Shown here: positions 1 through 10,985 of the stretch, in pieces
How positions within the stretch are numbered: position 1 is the stretch's first letter
Layout: each line of letters opens with the position of its first letter
Assembly (NCBI GenBank): GCA_963783385.1
Contig: CAWANJ010000009.1
Span: 1 to 64,000 of the forward strand
Direction of reading: 5' to 3'
Length of the DNA: 64,000 nucleotides
DNA from: an uncultured Gemmatimonadales bacterium
GTDB taxonomy: Bacteria; Gemmatimonadota; Gemmatimonadetes; Palauibacterales; Palauibacteraceae
Made by a program: the position numbers and the translations under genes
Notes under the pieces: model-generated
What the model saw: the letters and a program-made list of their open reading frames with translations, nothing else
Told to the model about the DNA's origin: nothing
The model's database searches: none

Positions 1-170
1 CCACGTCCTGCTTGTTCGCTCGGCTGAGCACCAACGAGCGGGCGTTTCATTTCCTCGGGCCGGCTAAGTATGTCCGGCATGAAGGAGAGCAGCCGATGGC
101 GATTACGTGGAAGCTGGAGTATCGGTTGCCAGGGGATCTGTACCAGGCATTTGCGGCGGCGGTGGCGTGA
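1..170 (+). CDS. 3' end of PLD-helicase-DUF3427 protein, upstream copy (cut by window edge)
   Basis: Translates ...FLGPAKYVRHEGEQPMAITWKLEYRLPGDLYQAFAAAVA*, nearly identical to the C-terminus encoded at 8876-9045. Confidence 0.85.
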   Translation, partial: TSCLFARLSTNERAFHFLGPAKYVRHEGEQPMAITWKLEYRLPGDLYQAFAAAVA

Positions 171-313
171 AGGCGAGAGACTTGAGCGTCCACTGCTCAC
201 ACAGAGCAAGAGGAGAGCGTTGGGTTCAGGGTCGCCGGACCGGCTTACGAGACGCCAGGCGCGTCAGATGACAGGGAATAGGGTAGCCGCTGGAATGGCG
301 AACGTGCTTCTGC

Positions 314-1418
314 TCACACCCCGTTTGCGGCTGGATCCATCCCCTGCCGACCTACGCTCACTACGACCGGAGTCCTCGTTTCCGAGGGCGGACAGCCCGC
401 GTAGCAGGGTCAGCATCGCGCGCCCAATGTCGTCGCTGTACTCATCTCCACGGGGTAATAGCGGTCAGCTTCAAGATGCCGCCCTTCCCCTCGTGATCCT
501 CCGGCGCGACAATGCCGAGTGTCTCCGGGAACGCATCGACTTGATATCGGCACTCGGGGGGACAAGATGACCAACGGATGGTCTGTCCCCTTGGAGAAGT
601 CGAACTTCGCGTCAAGATCGTCGACCCTAAAGCCGTAGGACTGTCCCTGGGATCGACTCGCGTTTATGTCATTCTCGCGCAAGCACGTGAGCAGTTCGCT
701 CACGAAGCGACGACGAGCAGGATCTCTTGTTCTCTTCTTGGCCTTGGCCTGCTCCCGCCGCTCCTCTATGGCCTCCCGGACACTCGGCTGCGGTAGAACC
801 TGTTCGAGTGCCAAATAGAGTTGAGTCTCAGATCCCTGAAAGATACGAGCCCTCCAGCACTCAAGGGGAAAAAGCGGCATTGCCAGAGGCTTCCGTTAGG
901 TATTCACAAACCGCTAAGACATTAGTGTTGAAGTCCTCTCCCGAACTAGAACGAGAATCTGGCTGCCATTCAACTCTGTGTCATCCACGAGGTGATCACT
1001 AAGTCGTTGCGCTGCAATCCTCTTCCGACTCGGCGACCTCAACTAGTGCCGTTCGCCCGCCCTTGTTGCTGTGATCGAGAAAGAGCCTTGTTAGATCGTC
1101 CGCGGTGTATCGTGCGTATTCTGCTGCGTAGGTGACCGCCTGCGTTACGGCGCCGGGTTGCACAATGCCTCTCTTTAGTTCCGCAAGCACCACGTTTCCT
1201 ACGTCGTCAATGCCAACCAGATCCGATCGCTGATCGTCAGACGATCGATCCTGCCGACCGATCCAGAGGATCCTACGACCGAACAGATCTGGACCTGTTG
1301 ATGCAAGCCATTCCTCCAAGTGTTGTGGCTCGGTGTATCCAAGCTCCTCCATCCAGCGCTCCTTCATAGGGCTTGCGGTTCTTGCCTCAGAATCCAGAGT
1401 GTAGATTGCGGTGTTCAT
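314..1418 (-). CDS. NucS/EndoMS-like PD-(D/E)XK endonuclease domain protein, copy A (frameshifted)
   Basis: E..LEEWL, SDLVGID and LAELKRG motifs; ORF pieces 999-1418 and 410-880 join by indels to match copy B; lower GC than flanks. Confidence 0.75.
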
Positions 1419-1681
1419 TCATCACTCCTCGCTCGCCGGATCAGGCCGGATCGAGCTCTCGTTGGCTGAGCTCGGTTGCTGAGAGGATCTAGTGAGCTCT
1501 CCGTTCGGACACCCGCACTTCTGCGCGTTCCGCATTGCGCCTGATGTCCATGCACTCTGCTGACTCCTCCAGTAGTGACGGGACGCAACGGATCTCTTTG
1601 TAGACTAGGGCTGACTCTGGAGTGCACCGGTGGTCGCGCGACCTCTGGTGATGGGGGGACCTAGGGCCTGGCGCGCCGAAT

Positions 1682-1709
1682 TTGTAAATCTGCAACACTT
1701 GGGTAGGAT
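1682..1709 (+). promoter_or_regulatory. Putative sigma70-like promoter of the HTH-X operon
   Basis: TTGTAA-16 bp-TAGGAT directly upstream of the HTH gene, conserved in copy B. Confidence 0.3.
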
Positions 1710-1710
1710 A

Positions 1711-2097
1711 GTGAGTACCTGCGAGGACGACAAGGCCACCGGGCCCGCCACCCTGGGCTCCTTCCTGCGCGAGCGCCGCGAGGCGCTCCGGCGGGAGGAC
1801 CGCCGCTACTCGCTCCGGCAGGTGGCCGGGCGGGTGGGGATCGAGCCCAGCTACCTGAGCAAGGTGGAGCGGGACATCGGCTCGCCGCCCTCGGAGGAGA
1901 CGCTCGTCCGGCTGGCGGGGGACCTCGGCGTGGAGCCGGACGTGGTCCTCGCCCTGGCGGGGAAGATCTCCTCGGACCTGAGGGAGGCGATCCGGCGGCG
2001 GCCGCTCCTGTTCGGCGAGCTCATCCGCGAGCTCAAGGACGCGCCCGACCGGGCGGTGCTGCGCGTGGTGCGGGAGGTGAGGGACGGGGAGTGGTGA
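1711..2097 (+). CDS. XRE-family HTH transcriptional regulator, copy A
   Basis: SLRQVAGRVGIEPSYLSKVERD HTH motif; ends VREVRDGEW*; start codon uncertain. Confidence 0.85.
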   Translation: MSTCEDDKATGPATLGSFLRERREALRREDRRYSLRQVAGRVGIEPSYLSKVERDIGSPPSEETLVRLAGDLGVEPDVVLALAGKISSDLREAIRRRPLLFGELIRELKDAPDRAVLRVVREVRDGEW

Positions 2098-2117
2098 CCC
2101 GAGGTGGAGAGAGAGCC

Positions 2118-3371
2118 ATGATCGAGCTGAAGGACGACGCGCTGGAGTTCTCGTTTCCGGAGGTCCACCCGGAGGCGCGCCTCCGGGTCGAGTTCCAGAG
2201 GACGCTCCGGATCCCGGACGACGAGAAGACCCACCGCTCCCGCCGGGCCTCGGCCGCTTCCCGCTCCGCCACGTGGACGACGCGGGCGAGAGGGTGCCGC
2301 CCGCGTGGCTCCGCCGGGGCGGCGTCATGCTCCCCATGTACCAGTCCGAGGCCATGTGGCTGAACTTCACCGCGTACTCGGACTACCCGTTCGCCCTCAA
2401 GGTGGCGGCCGGGAAGGTGAACGCGGCCACGGGCGAGGACTGGGAGGACGGCCTCCACCGCGGCCCCCAGGACTACCTGCTCGTCCCGGGCCAGCCGTGG
2501 CTGGACGGCTACGCGGTCGGGAAGGGCGTGATCCGCCAGTTCGTGGCCATGCCCCTCGGCGAGGGCTACACGGCCGAGGAGCAGATCCACGGCACCGCCG
2601 AGCACGGCGGCGTGCAGCTCCTGGCGTGCCCGATGAAGCGGGAGGCGTACGAGCGGAAGGTGGCGGGCGGCGCGAGCTCATGCGCGAGGACCTCGTGAAC
2701 ATGGACATGCGTGTGCGAGGCGCCCGCCTCCATGGCCCGCCCCGACATGGGCCTCGCCCGGGCGGCCGCATGCGCCAGGAGATCTACGAGGACGAGTTCG
2801 AGCTCGAGGACTGGGACCAGCGCCACCGGAGCCGCTGCTTCGTGCACCTCACCAACTCGCTGTGTGGCGGGCCATCACCGGCGAGGCGCCGCCCACCACG
2901 CCCCGACCGCGAAGGAGTACACGGACGCGACGCGCCGACTTCGCGGTGTGCGAGGCCATGCCCTCCGCCCGCCCCGACATGGGCCTCGCCCCGGGCGGCC
3001 GCATGCACCAGGAGATCTACCGGGACGAGTTCGAGCTGGAGGACTGGGACCAGCGCCACCGGAGCCGCTGCTTCATCCACCTCACGAACTCCCTCGTGTG
3101 GCGGGCCATCACGGGCGAGGCGCCGCCCACCACGCCCCCGACCGCCCGGGAGTACACGGCCGCCGGCCTCCCGTGGTTCGACTACTACGCGGCCGACCGG
3201 AAGGCGCTGGAGGGCTCGGAGAAGCTCGCCGAGCTCGAGAGCGTGCTGGAGAAGGCCGCGCGGGAGGGCAGGGTGGGCCTGCCGGAGAACGAGGCGGTGG
3301 AGGGCGAGCGGGTGGTGCCGATTCGGGAGCGAGGGTGGGAGCAGGCTGGGGTGCGAGAAGGGCGGTGGTAG
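2118..3371 (+). CDS. Uncharacterised protein X, copy A (frameshifted, internal duplication)
   Basis: RBS GAGGTGGAGA; motifs FQRTLRIPDD, MLPMYQSEAMWLNF, PGQPWLDG, IRQFVAMPLG, GLPWFDYY; ends AGVREGRW*. Confidence 0.8.
2711..3164 (+). repeat. Internal ~220-bp tandem duplication in protein X copy A
   Basis: 2711-2928 and 2946-3164 both encode RPDMGLAPGGRM..EIY.DEFELEDWDQRHRSRCF.HLTNSL; copy B has one unit. Confidence 0.9.
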
Positions 3372-3624
3372 GCAAGAGCGTGGACTTCCTGTCTCGAGCT
3401 CCCAGGTACTTCGTTAGGAGGCACGGTAGCTAAGAGCGGGCCGTGCGCCGGTGGGGTGGGCCATAGACTCGATGCGGACGGGCGAAATATTGGTTCGAAT
3501 CAAGTCGGTCGCATTCAATCTCTTCCTGGCAGCCTTTCTCTTCGGCTGGCCTATGGCATCTTCTTTGGACTCTTCATGTGGCCGGGGGGAGTCATTGTGC
3601 TCCTACGAGCGCTAACGCTGCAGG

Positions 3625-4059
3625 TTGAGGACGACCTGCGTCCAAAGCCTCCTGAGCCGAACCCAAGGGAGAGCCGCGTGCTTGTGCCGAACACGGGCAA
3701 CGTCCCCTCCGACAATCGCGGCGCCCGATACAGATGTCACGAGCCACTACCGGGTCACCACCGGGTCCTTCAGCTCGGAAGTCGGCTTCCTAGTGCTCGA
3801 CGTTCTCCCCGAGTCCAAGACGTTGCATCTATACTAGTTGTTCATCTCACCGGAGCTGCGTGGCAGAGGCTACGGAACGTCGACTCTGCGAGCTGTCGAG
3901 GACCATGCGTGGCGGCTCGGGCGTCGGCGGGTCAGTGTGATTCCCCGGCAGCTTGACGATCCGTCGCTAACGAACTCGGAGCTCGAACAGTGGTACTTCG
4001 CGACAGGTTACCGGTTGCATGCTGAGGCCCCGCGGGTATTCGAGAAGCGGCTGTGGTGA
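3625..4059 (+). pseudogene. GNAT-family acetyltransferase interrupted by in-frame TAG (3835-3837)
   Basis: LHLY*LFISPELRGRGYGTSTL contains acetyl-CoA-binding motif A (R-G-x-G-x-G); N-terminus unclear. Confidence 0.65.
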
Positions 4060-4183
4060 GTCGCACCAAGATTTGCGTATCGCTCACATTCTCGTTATCG
4101 ACCTCCAGCCCTCCAGGGGAAGAGCACCACCACGAGCACTTTTGATCGCTGTCTTAAGAGCTCGGCTTGCTGTGCGAGGGTTC

Positions 4184-4213
4184 TATGACACATATTCACA
4201 AGTGTCATACAAT
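4184..4213 (+). promoter_or_regulatory. abiE promoter with overlapping inverted-repeat operator
   Basis: TATGACAC-10 bp-GTGTCATA (4184-4209) overlaps ATGACA-17 bp-TACAAT; AbiEi proteins autorepress via such repeats. Confidence 0.7.
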
Positions 4214-4234
4214 CCTCGCATTCGGAGTGCGCTC

Positions 4235-4855
4235 ATGACCTCCCCGTCCGTAACGGAGCAAGTCCGTAAACTGGTGAAGAAGAGGGGGATGGTACGCTAC
4301 CGAGATGTTCAGCAAGCGGGCCTTCCGGCCACCTTGCTGTACCGGCTGCGCGACCGTGGAGAGCTGATCCAGCTTGCCCCAGGGCTCTTCATGCACGCCG
4401 ACGCAGACATCAGCCAACGGCACACGTATGCGGAGGCGGCGACGCGAGTCCCACAGGGAGTCGTCTGCCTCACGTCTGCCCTTGCGTTCCACGACATTGG
4501 TGTCCAGATGCCCAGCCGGGTCTGGATGGCACTGAATCGAGATGAGGTCCGGTCGCAACCACGCGTGGCCGACGTTCCCATGAAGTTCGTTTGGTTCTCT
4601 GGCGCTGCATTCCAGGAGGGGCAAGAGCAGCATTGGGTCGAGGGAGTTCCGGTTCGTGTCTACAACCCCGGCAAGACGGTCGCCGATCTCTTCAAATTCC
4701 GCAGCAAAGTCCGCATCAGCGTCGCGATCGAAGCCTTACGAGATGGCTGGCACCATCGACTCTTCACAATCAATGAGCTCGAACACTACGCTGATGTCTG
4801 TCGCGTGAGCGGTGTCATGCGCCCTCACCTGCAGAACCTCGTTGCCTCGACATGA
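4235..4855 (+). CDS. abiEi: Type IV TA antitoxin AbiEi
   Basis: N-terminal wHTH (GELIQLAPGLF), VVCLTSALAFHD, VRVYNPGKTVADLFKFR motifs. Confidence 0.9.
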   Translation: MTSPSVTEQVRKLVKKRGMVRYRDVQQAGLPATLLYRLRDRGELIQLAPGLFMHADADISQRHTYAEAATRVPQGVVCLTSALAFHDIGVQMPSRVWMALNRDEVRSQPRVADVPMKFVWFSGAAFQEGQEQHWVEGVPVRVYNPGKTVADLFKFRSKVRISVAIEALRDGWHHRLFTINELEHYADVCRVSGVMRPHLQNLVAST

Positions 4856-5769
4856 GCCACTGGACTGCCGATAAAGCCAACGTTCCAGCCGCCGTCCATG
4901 CCAGACTCTTGCGCCTGTCCAAACAGATGGGGGTGACCCTTGACACTTTGATGGTCCGGTATGCGACTGAACGGCTATTGTACCGGCTGTCTTGTTCTGA
5001 ACATGCGAACGACTTCGTCCTCAAGGGCGCTTGGCTGTTCTACGTGTGGGATCTTCCGCGTCGAAGCACACGAGATGTCGATTTTCTCGCTCACGGCGAC
5101 AACTCGGTGATACGGATCGAAGGGGTGATCTGTAAAGTGGCACGCATGCAGGTGGATCTTCCGGATGGGCTTCGCTTTGACCCGGAGACCGTCTCGAGTA
5201 GGCAGCTCCAGGGAGATGACGAGTATTCCGGTGTAAGGGTACGAATTACAGCCTTCCTGGGAACTGCCGAGATCCGTGCGCAAGTCGACGTAGGATTTGG
5301 GGAAGCGTTGGTCGAGGAGCCGCTCCAGGTCGAGTTGCCCGCCCTGCTCGACTACCCATCCCCGCGATTGCAGAGCTACAGCGCCGAGGCAGCCGTCGCC
5401 GAGAAGCTCGAGGCCATGGTTCGCTTCGGCATGCGGAATGGCCGCATGAAGGACTATTTCGACATCTACATCTTGAGCCGTGCGCGGGCTTTTGAGGCAG
5501 CGGGGACACAAGATCAGATCGCCGCCACGTTCTCTCGCCGTAAAACAGCCCTTCCAGCCTCCGTTCCAGACGGGCTTACGGATGAATTTGCTCGTGGCAA
5601 GGAGAAAGCATGGCAAGCCTTCCTGGACGATGCGGATGCCCGGGATGCACCGGAAGCCTTCGTCAATGTTATTCGCGCTGTCCGTGACTTTGCCTACCCA
5701 CTTCTGAGTGCGGCGGCGACGTCGACACCCCTGAAAAAGCGTTGGACCCCGGACGGTGGCTGGGAATAG
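4852..5769 (+). CDS. abiEii: Type IV TA toxin, AbiEii-family nucleotidyltransferase
   Basis: FVLKGA, RSTRDVDF, AEKLEAM, RMKDYFD motifs; ATGA overlap with abiEi. Confidence 0.92.
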   Translation: MSHWTADKANVPAAVHARLLRLSKQMGVTLDTLMVRYATERLLYRLSCSEHANDFVLKGAWLFYVWDLPRRSTRDVDFLAHGDNSVIRIEGVICKVARMQVDLPDGLRFDPETVSSRQLQGDDEYSGVRVRITAFLGTAEIRAQVDVGFGEALVEEPLQVELPALLDYPSPRLQSYSAEAAVAEKLEAMVRFGMRNGRMKDYFDIYILSRARAFEAAGTQDQIAATFSRRKTALPASVPDGLTDEFARGKEKAWQAFLDDADARDAPEAFVNVIRAVRDFAYPLLSAAATSTPLKKRWTPDGGWE

Positions 5770-5936
5770 GGATGGTTGCCGCATCAGTGGCAGATGGCTT
5801 GCCATGAATGATGGATCACTGGCGTTCCGGATGACTTTGATCCGTTCGACCTTTCCAACCCTCCGTGTCATGAAGTTCGAGCTCGAAGATTGCCGCACGC
5901 GCCGACATAGGGAAGGGCCCAATAGGACAAGGCGCC

Positions 5937-8900
5937 ATGCCTGACGCCTCCCTCCCCCACGGTCTCTACGAGTCCCTGGTCACCGAAGCCCTCGCCGCCC
6001 GCCTCGAGGCTCTCCCGAGGGACCGCCTCGCACAAGCCGAATCTCTCCGGACCGCCGAGGCCGCCGACCGTATCGCCTGGCATATCGCCTCCGTAGTGGA
6101 GCGGGCGATCGAGATGCTGCCTGAGTCGAAGCGAGCCGAGGCCGGCGCTGCCCTCGCGCGCTCGCTGGTAGCTCGGGTGGTGAACGCCACCGAGGTCACC
6201 GAGCTGGCCGACGAAAGCCTACGCGAGCCGCCGGAGGTGCTCCGCGCGGTGAGCCGGCTGCGCCCCGACGGCAGCCCGGCCGACATCGACGCCCCCCTGA
6301 TCCCGCTGCTTGACTCCGCCCTGCTGACGAACTCCCCGGGCGAGCCGAACGTGGGCCGCCAGATCGCGGCGGAGATCGCGTCGGCGGACCGCATCGACCT
6401 GATCATGGCGTTCATCCGCCGTTCGGGCATTCAGCCGCTCCGCGAGGGGCTGCGGCGGCACGTGGAGCGCGGCCGGCGACTGCGGGTCCTCACCACCACG
6501 TACACGGGCTCGACGGAAGCGGCGGCGCTGGACTGGCTGGTGGAGCTGGGGGCCGACGTCCGGGTGTCGTATGACGCCACGAGCACGCGCCTGCACGCGA
6601 AGGCGTGGCTGTTTCACCGGGACTCCGGCTTCTCCACCGCCTACGTGGGCTCGTCCAACCTGACCCAATGGGCGCAGGTCACGGGGCTGGAGTGGAACGT
6701 CCGGATCTCCGGCGCCCGGAACCGCTCCATCATCGAGAAGGTGGGCGCGGTCTTCGACAGCTATTGGGAGGAGGCGGACTTCGAGCCGTATGACCGCGAC
6801 CGCTTCGCCGTCGCCGTGGACCGGACGCGGCCCGATACCGAGCGCCTGGTCCTCAGCCCCACGGAGGTCCGACCGTACCCGTTCCAGGAGCGGCTGCTGG
6901 AGCAGATCGAGCTGTCGCGCGAGCGAGGGTGGCACCGGAACCTGCTCGTGGCGGCCACGGGGACCGGGAAGACGGTCATGGCCGCGCTGGACTACCAGCG
7001 GCTGCGGTCGGCGCTGCCCCGGGCCCGGCTCCTCTTCGTCGCCCACCGCGAGGAGATTCTGCGCCAGAGCCGGAACACGTTCGCCCACGCGCTCCGGGAC
7101 GCGAGCTTCGGCGAGCTGTGGGTGGGCGGCCGGCGGCCGGAGGAGTACGAGCACGTCTTCGCGTCCATCCAGTCGCTCAACGCCAGCGGCGTGGACGCCA
7201 TCCCGCCCGATCACTTCGACGTGGTCATCGTGGACGAGTTCCACCACGCCGCGGCCGCGTCGTACAGGCGGCTCCTGGAACGGCTGGAGCCCCGCGAGCT
7301 CCTGGGCCTTACGGCCACGCCCGAGCGGAGCGACGGCCTGCCCGTCCTCCACTGGTTCGGCGACCGCATCGCCGCCGAGCTCCGGCTCTGGGACGCCATC
7401 GACCAGCACCGCCTCACCCCCTTCGCCTACTACGGCATCGCCGACGACCTCGACCTCCGGGAAATTCCGTGGCGACGCGGCCGGGGGTACGATGAGGCGC
7501 GCCCTCACGAACGTCATCACCGCCACCGACGTCTGGGCCCGCTCCGTCCTCCACCAGGTAGAGCAGCACTTCGGCAACCCGCCCGAGTTCCGCGCCCTCG
7601 GCTTCTGCGTGGGCGTGGACCACGCGCGCTACATGGCCCGCGTGTTCAATGAGCACCGCGTCCCCGCCGTCGCGGTCACCGGCCAGACGGACGACGAAGA
7701 GCGCAAGCGGGCCCTGAGGGATCTGGAGCGAGGCGACATCCGCGTCGTCTTCTCCGTGGATCTCTTCAACGAGGGCGTGGACGTCCCCACCGTGGACGCG
7801 CTGCTGATGCTCCGTCCCACCGAGAGCCCGCTCCTCTTCCTCCAGCAGCTCGGCCGCGGGCTCCGGAAAGCCGAGGGCAAGGCCCTGTGCACCGTCCTCG
7901 ACTTCGTGGGCCATCACCGGAAGGAGTTCCGCTACGACCGCCGGTTCCGCGCCCTCCTGGGCGGCACCCGCACGGACGTCATGCGGCAGGTGCGAGCAGG
8001 GCTTCCCGTTCCTTCCCGCCGGCTGCCACATGGAGCTGGACCGCGTCGCCAGCGAGCGGGTGTTGGACAGCATCCGGAACGCGCTCCCGCGCAACATCAC
8101 CGAGCGCGCCGAGGAGCTGGCCGAGCTGGCCGCGGCCGCACCCGGGGGCGAAGTCACCCTGAAGCAGTTCCTGGACGCCACCGGCCTCGACCTGGACGAC
8201 GTTTACGCCGGCACCTACGCCTGGTCCGACCTCCGGGAGCGGGCCGGCCTGGCCACCGCCCCCGCCGGCGAGCATGAGGCCACGCTACGCCGGGCGTGCG
8301 GCCGCCTGCTCCACGTGGACGACCCCGAGCGGCTAGTCGCCTGGCGTCGCTGGCTGCAGCGCGATGGGCCGCCGGACGTGGGCGTCTCCGAGCGCGACGA
8401 CCGTCTGCTCCGCATGCTCGTGGGCCAGCTCCTGGACCAGGTGGCCGACAAAGAGATGAGCCTCCGCGACGGCGCGGCCGTGCTCTGGGCCCACGCCCAG
8501 GTCCGCCGCGAGCTGGACGAGCTGCTCGAGGTGCTGGAGGAGCGGGTGAGTCACCTCACGCCCGACCTCCGGATCCTCCCCGACGTCCCACTCCATGTCC
8601 ACGCGCGCTATACCCGCATCGAGATCCTGGCCGCGTGCGGCAAGGGCGAGGGAGCGCGAGGTGATTCCGTGGCAGACCGGCGTCCTGTACGTGGAGGAGC
8701 TCCCCGCCGACCTGTTCGCGTTCACGCTGGACAAGAGCGTCGGCGGGTTCTCCCCCACCACCCGCTACCGCGACTACGCCATCAGCCGCGACCTCATCCA
8801 CTGGGAGAGCCAGTCGGTCACGCGGGCGGACAGCGAGACGGGGCGGCGGTACCAGGAGCACGCCGCGCGGGGCAGCCACGTCCTGCTTGTTCGCGCGGCT

Positions 8901-9045
8901 GAACACCAACGAGCGGGCGTTTCATTTCCTCGGGCCGGCGACGTATGTCCGGCACGAGGGAGAGCAGCCGATGGCGATTACGTGGAAGCTGGAGTATCGG
9001 TTGCCGGGGGATCTGTACCAGGCGTTTGCGGCGGCGGTGGCGTGA
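5937..9045 (+). CDS. PLD(HKD)-nuclease / SF2 helicase / DUF3427 protein (several frameshifts)
   Basis: LHAKAWLF and GSSNLT PLD motifs, ATGTGKT Walker A, DEFHH, TATPER, QQLGRGLR, C-terminal YRDYAIS..IHWESQS; frames shift near 7495, 7990, 8660 and 8890. Confidence 0.9.
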
Positions 9046-9188
9046 AGGCGAGAGACTTGAGCGTCCACTGCTCACACAGAGCAAGAGGAGAGCGTTGGGT
9101 TCAGGGTCGCCGGACCGGCTTACGAGACGCCAGGCGCGTCAGAATGACAGGGAATAGGGTAGCCGTGCAGCGGTGAACGTGCTTCTGC

Positions 9189-10287
9189 TCACACCCCGTT
9201 TGCGGCTGGATCCATCCCTGTCAACCTACGCTCACTACGACCGGAGTCCTCGTTTCCGAGGGCGGACAGCCCGCGTAGCAGGGTCAGCATCGCGCGCCCA
9301 ATGTCGTCGCTGTACTCATCTCCACGGGTAATAGCGGTCAGCTTCAAGATGCCGCCCTTCCCCTCGTGATCCTCCGGCGCGACAATGCCGAGTGTCTCCG
9401 GGAACGCATTCGACTTGATATCGGCACTCGGGGGACAAGATGACCAACGGATGGTCTGTCCCCTTGGAGAAGTCGAACTTCGCGTCAAGATCGTCGACCC
9501 TAAAGCCGTAGGACTGTCCCTGGGATCGACTCGCGTTTATGTCATTCTCGCGCAAGCACGTGAGCAGTTCGCTCACGAAGCGACGACGAGCAGGATCTCT
9601 TGTTCTCTTCTTGGCCTTGGCCTGCTCCCGCCGCTCCTCTATGGCCTCCCGGACACTCGGCTGCGGTAGAACCTGTTCGAGTGCCAAATAGAGTTGAGTC
9701 TCAGATCCCTGAAAGATACGAGCCCTCCAGCACTCAAGGGAAAAAGTGGCATTGCCAGAGGCTTCCGTTAGGTATTCACAAACCGCTAAGACATCAGCGT
9801 TGAAGTCCTCTCCAACTAGAACGAGAATCTGGCTGCCATTCAACTCTGTGTCATCCACGAGGTGATCACTAAGTCGTTGCGCTGCATCCTCTTCCGACTC
9901 GGCGACCTCTACTAGTGCCGTTCGCCCGCCCTTGTTGCTGTGATCGAGAAAGAGCCTTGTTAGATCGTCCGCGGTGTATCGTGCGTATTCTGCTGCGTAG
10001 GTGACCGCCTGCGTTACGGCGCCGGGTTGCACGATGCCTCTCTTTAGTTCCGCAAGCACCACGTTTCCTACGTCGTCAATGCCAACCAGATCCGATCGCT
10101 GATCGTCAGACGATCGATCCTGCCGACCGATCCAGAGGATCCTACGACCGAACAGATCTGGACCTGTTGATGCAAGCCATTCCTCCAAGTGTTGTGGCTC
10201 GGTGTATCCAAGCTCCTCCATCCAGCGCTCCTTCATAGGGCTTGCGGTTCTTGCCTCAGAATCCAGAGTGTAGATTGCGGTGTTCAT
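9189..10287 (-). CDS. NucS/EndoMS-like PD-(D/E)XK endonuclease domain protein, copy B
   Basis: 323-aa ORF with SDLVGID...ELKRG; one frameshift near 9430 joins the tail ending ...DPAANGV*. Confidence 0.8.
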
Positions 10288-10497
10288 TCATCACTCCTCG
10301 CTCGCCGGATCAGGCCGGATCGAGCTCTCGTTGGCTGAGCTCGGTTGCTGAGAGGATCTAGTGAGCTCTCCGTTCGGACACCCGCACTTCTGCGCGTTCC
10401 GCATTGCGCCTGATGTCCATGCACTTGCTGACTCCTCCAGTAGTGACGGGACGCAACGGATCTCTTTGTAGACTAGGGCTGACTCTGGAGTGCACCG

Positions 10498-10965
10498 GTG
10501 GTCGCGCGACCTCTGGTGATGGGGGGACCTAGGGCCTGGCGCGCCGAATTTGTAAATCTGCAACACTTGGGTAGGATAGCTGACTCCCGCGACGACAACA
10601 ATGACACCGGGCCCGCCACCCTGGGCTCCTTCCTGCGCGAGCGCCGCGAGGCGCTGCGGCGGGAGGACCGCCGCTACTCGCTCCGGCAGGTGGCCGGGCG
10701 GGTGGGGATCGAGCCCAGCTACCTGAGCAAGGTGGAGCGGGACATTGGCTCGCCGCCCTCGGAGGAGACGCTCGTCCGGCTGGCGGGGGAGCTGGCCGTC
10801 GAGCCGGACGTGGTCCTCGCCCTGGCGGGGAAGATCTCCTCGGACCTGAGGGAGGCGATCCGGCGGCGGCCGCGCCTGTTCGGCGAGCTCATCCGCGAGC
10901 TCAGGGACGCGCCCGACCGGGCGGTGCTGCGCGTGGTGCGGGAGGTGAGGGACGGGGAGTGGTGA
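10498..10965 (+). CDS. XRE-family HTH regulator, copy B
   Basis: Same HTH motif; ends VREVRDGEW*; true start probably downstream of the ORF-track start. Confidence 0.8.
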   Translation: MVARPLVMGGPRAWRAEFVNLQHLGRIADSRDDNNDTGPATLGSFLRERREALRREDRRYSLRQVAGRVGIEPSYLSKVERDIGSPPSEETLVRLAGELAVEPDVVLALAGKISSDLREAIRRRPRLFGELIRELRDAPDRAVLRVVREVRDGEW

Positions 10966-10985
10966 CCCGAGGTGGAGAGAGAGCC

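Larger units (their letters stand above)
1..3371 (+). repeat. Direct repeat copy A (helicase end, nuclease, HTH, protein X)
   Basis: Colinear with 8876-12012 at an offset of ~8.87 kb; differs by scattered substitutions, indels and an internal duplication. Confidence 0.95.

Noticed and set aside
2660-3164. Diversity-generating retroelement TR/VR pair
   Set aside because: No reverse transcriptase in the window, and differences are not adenine-specific
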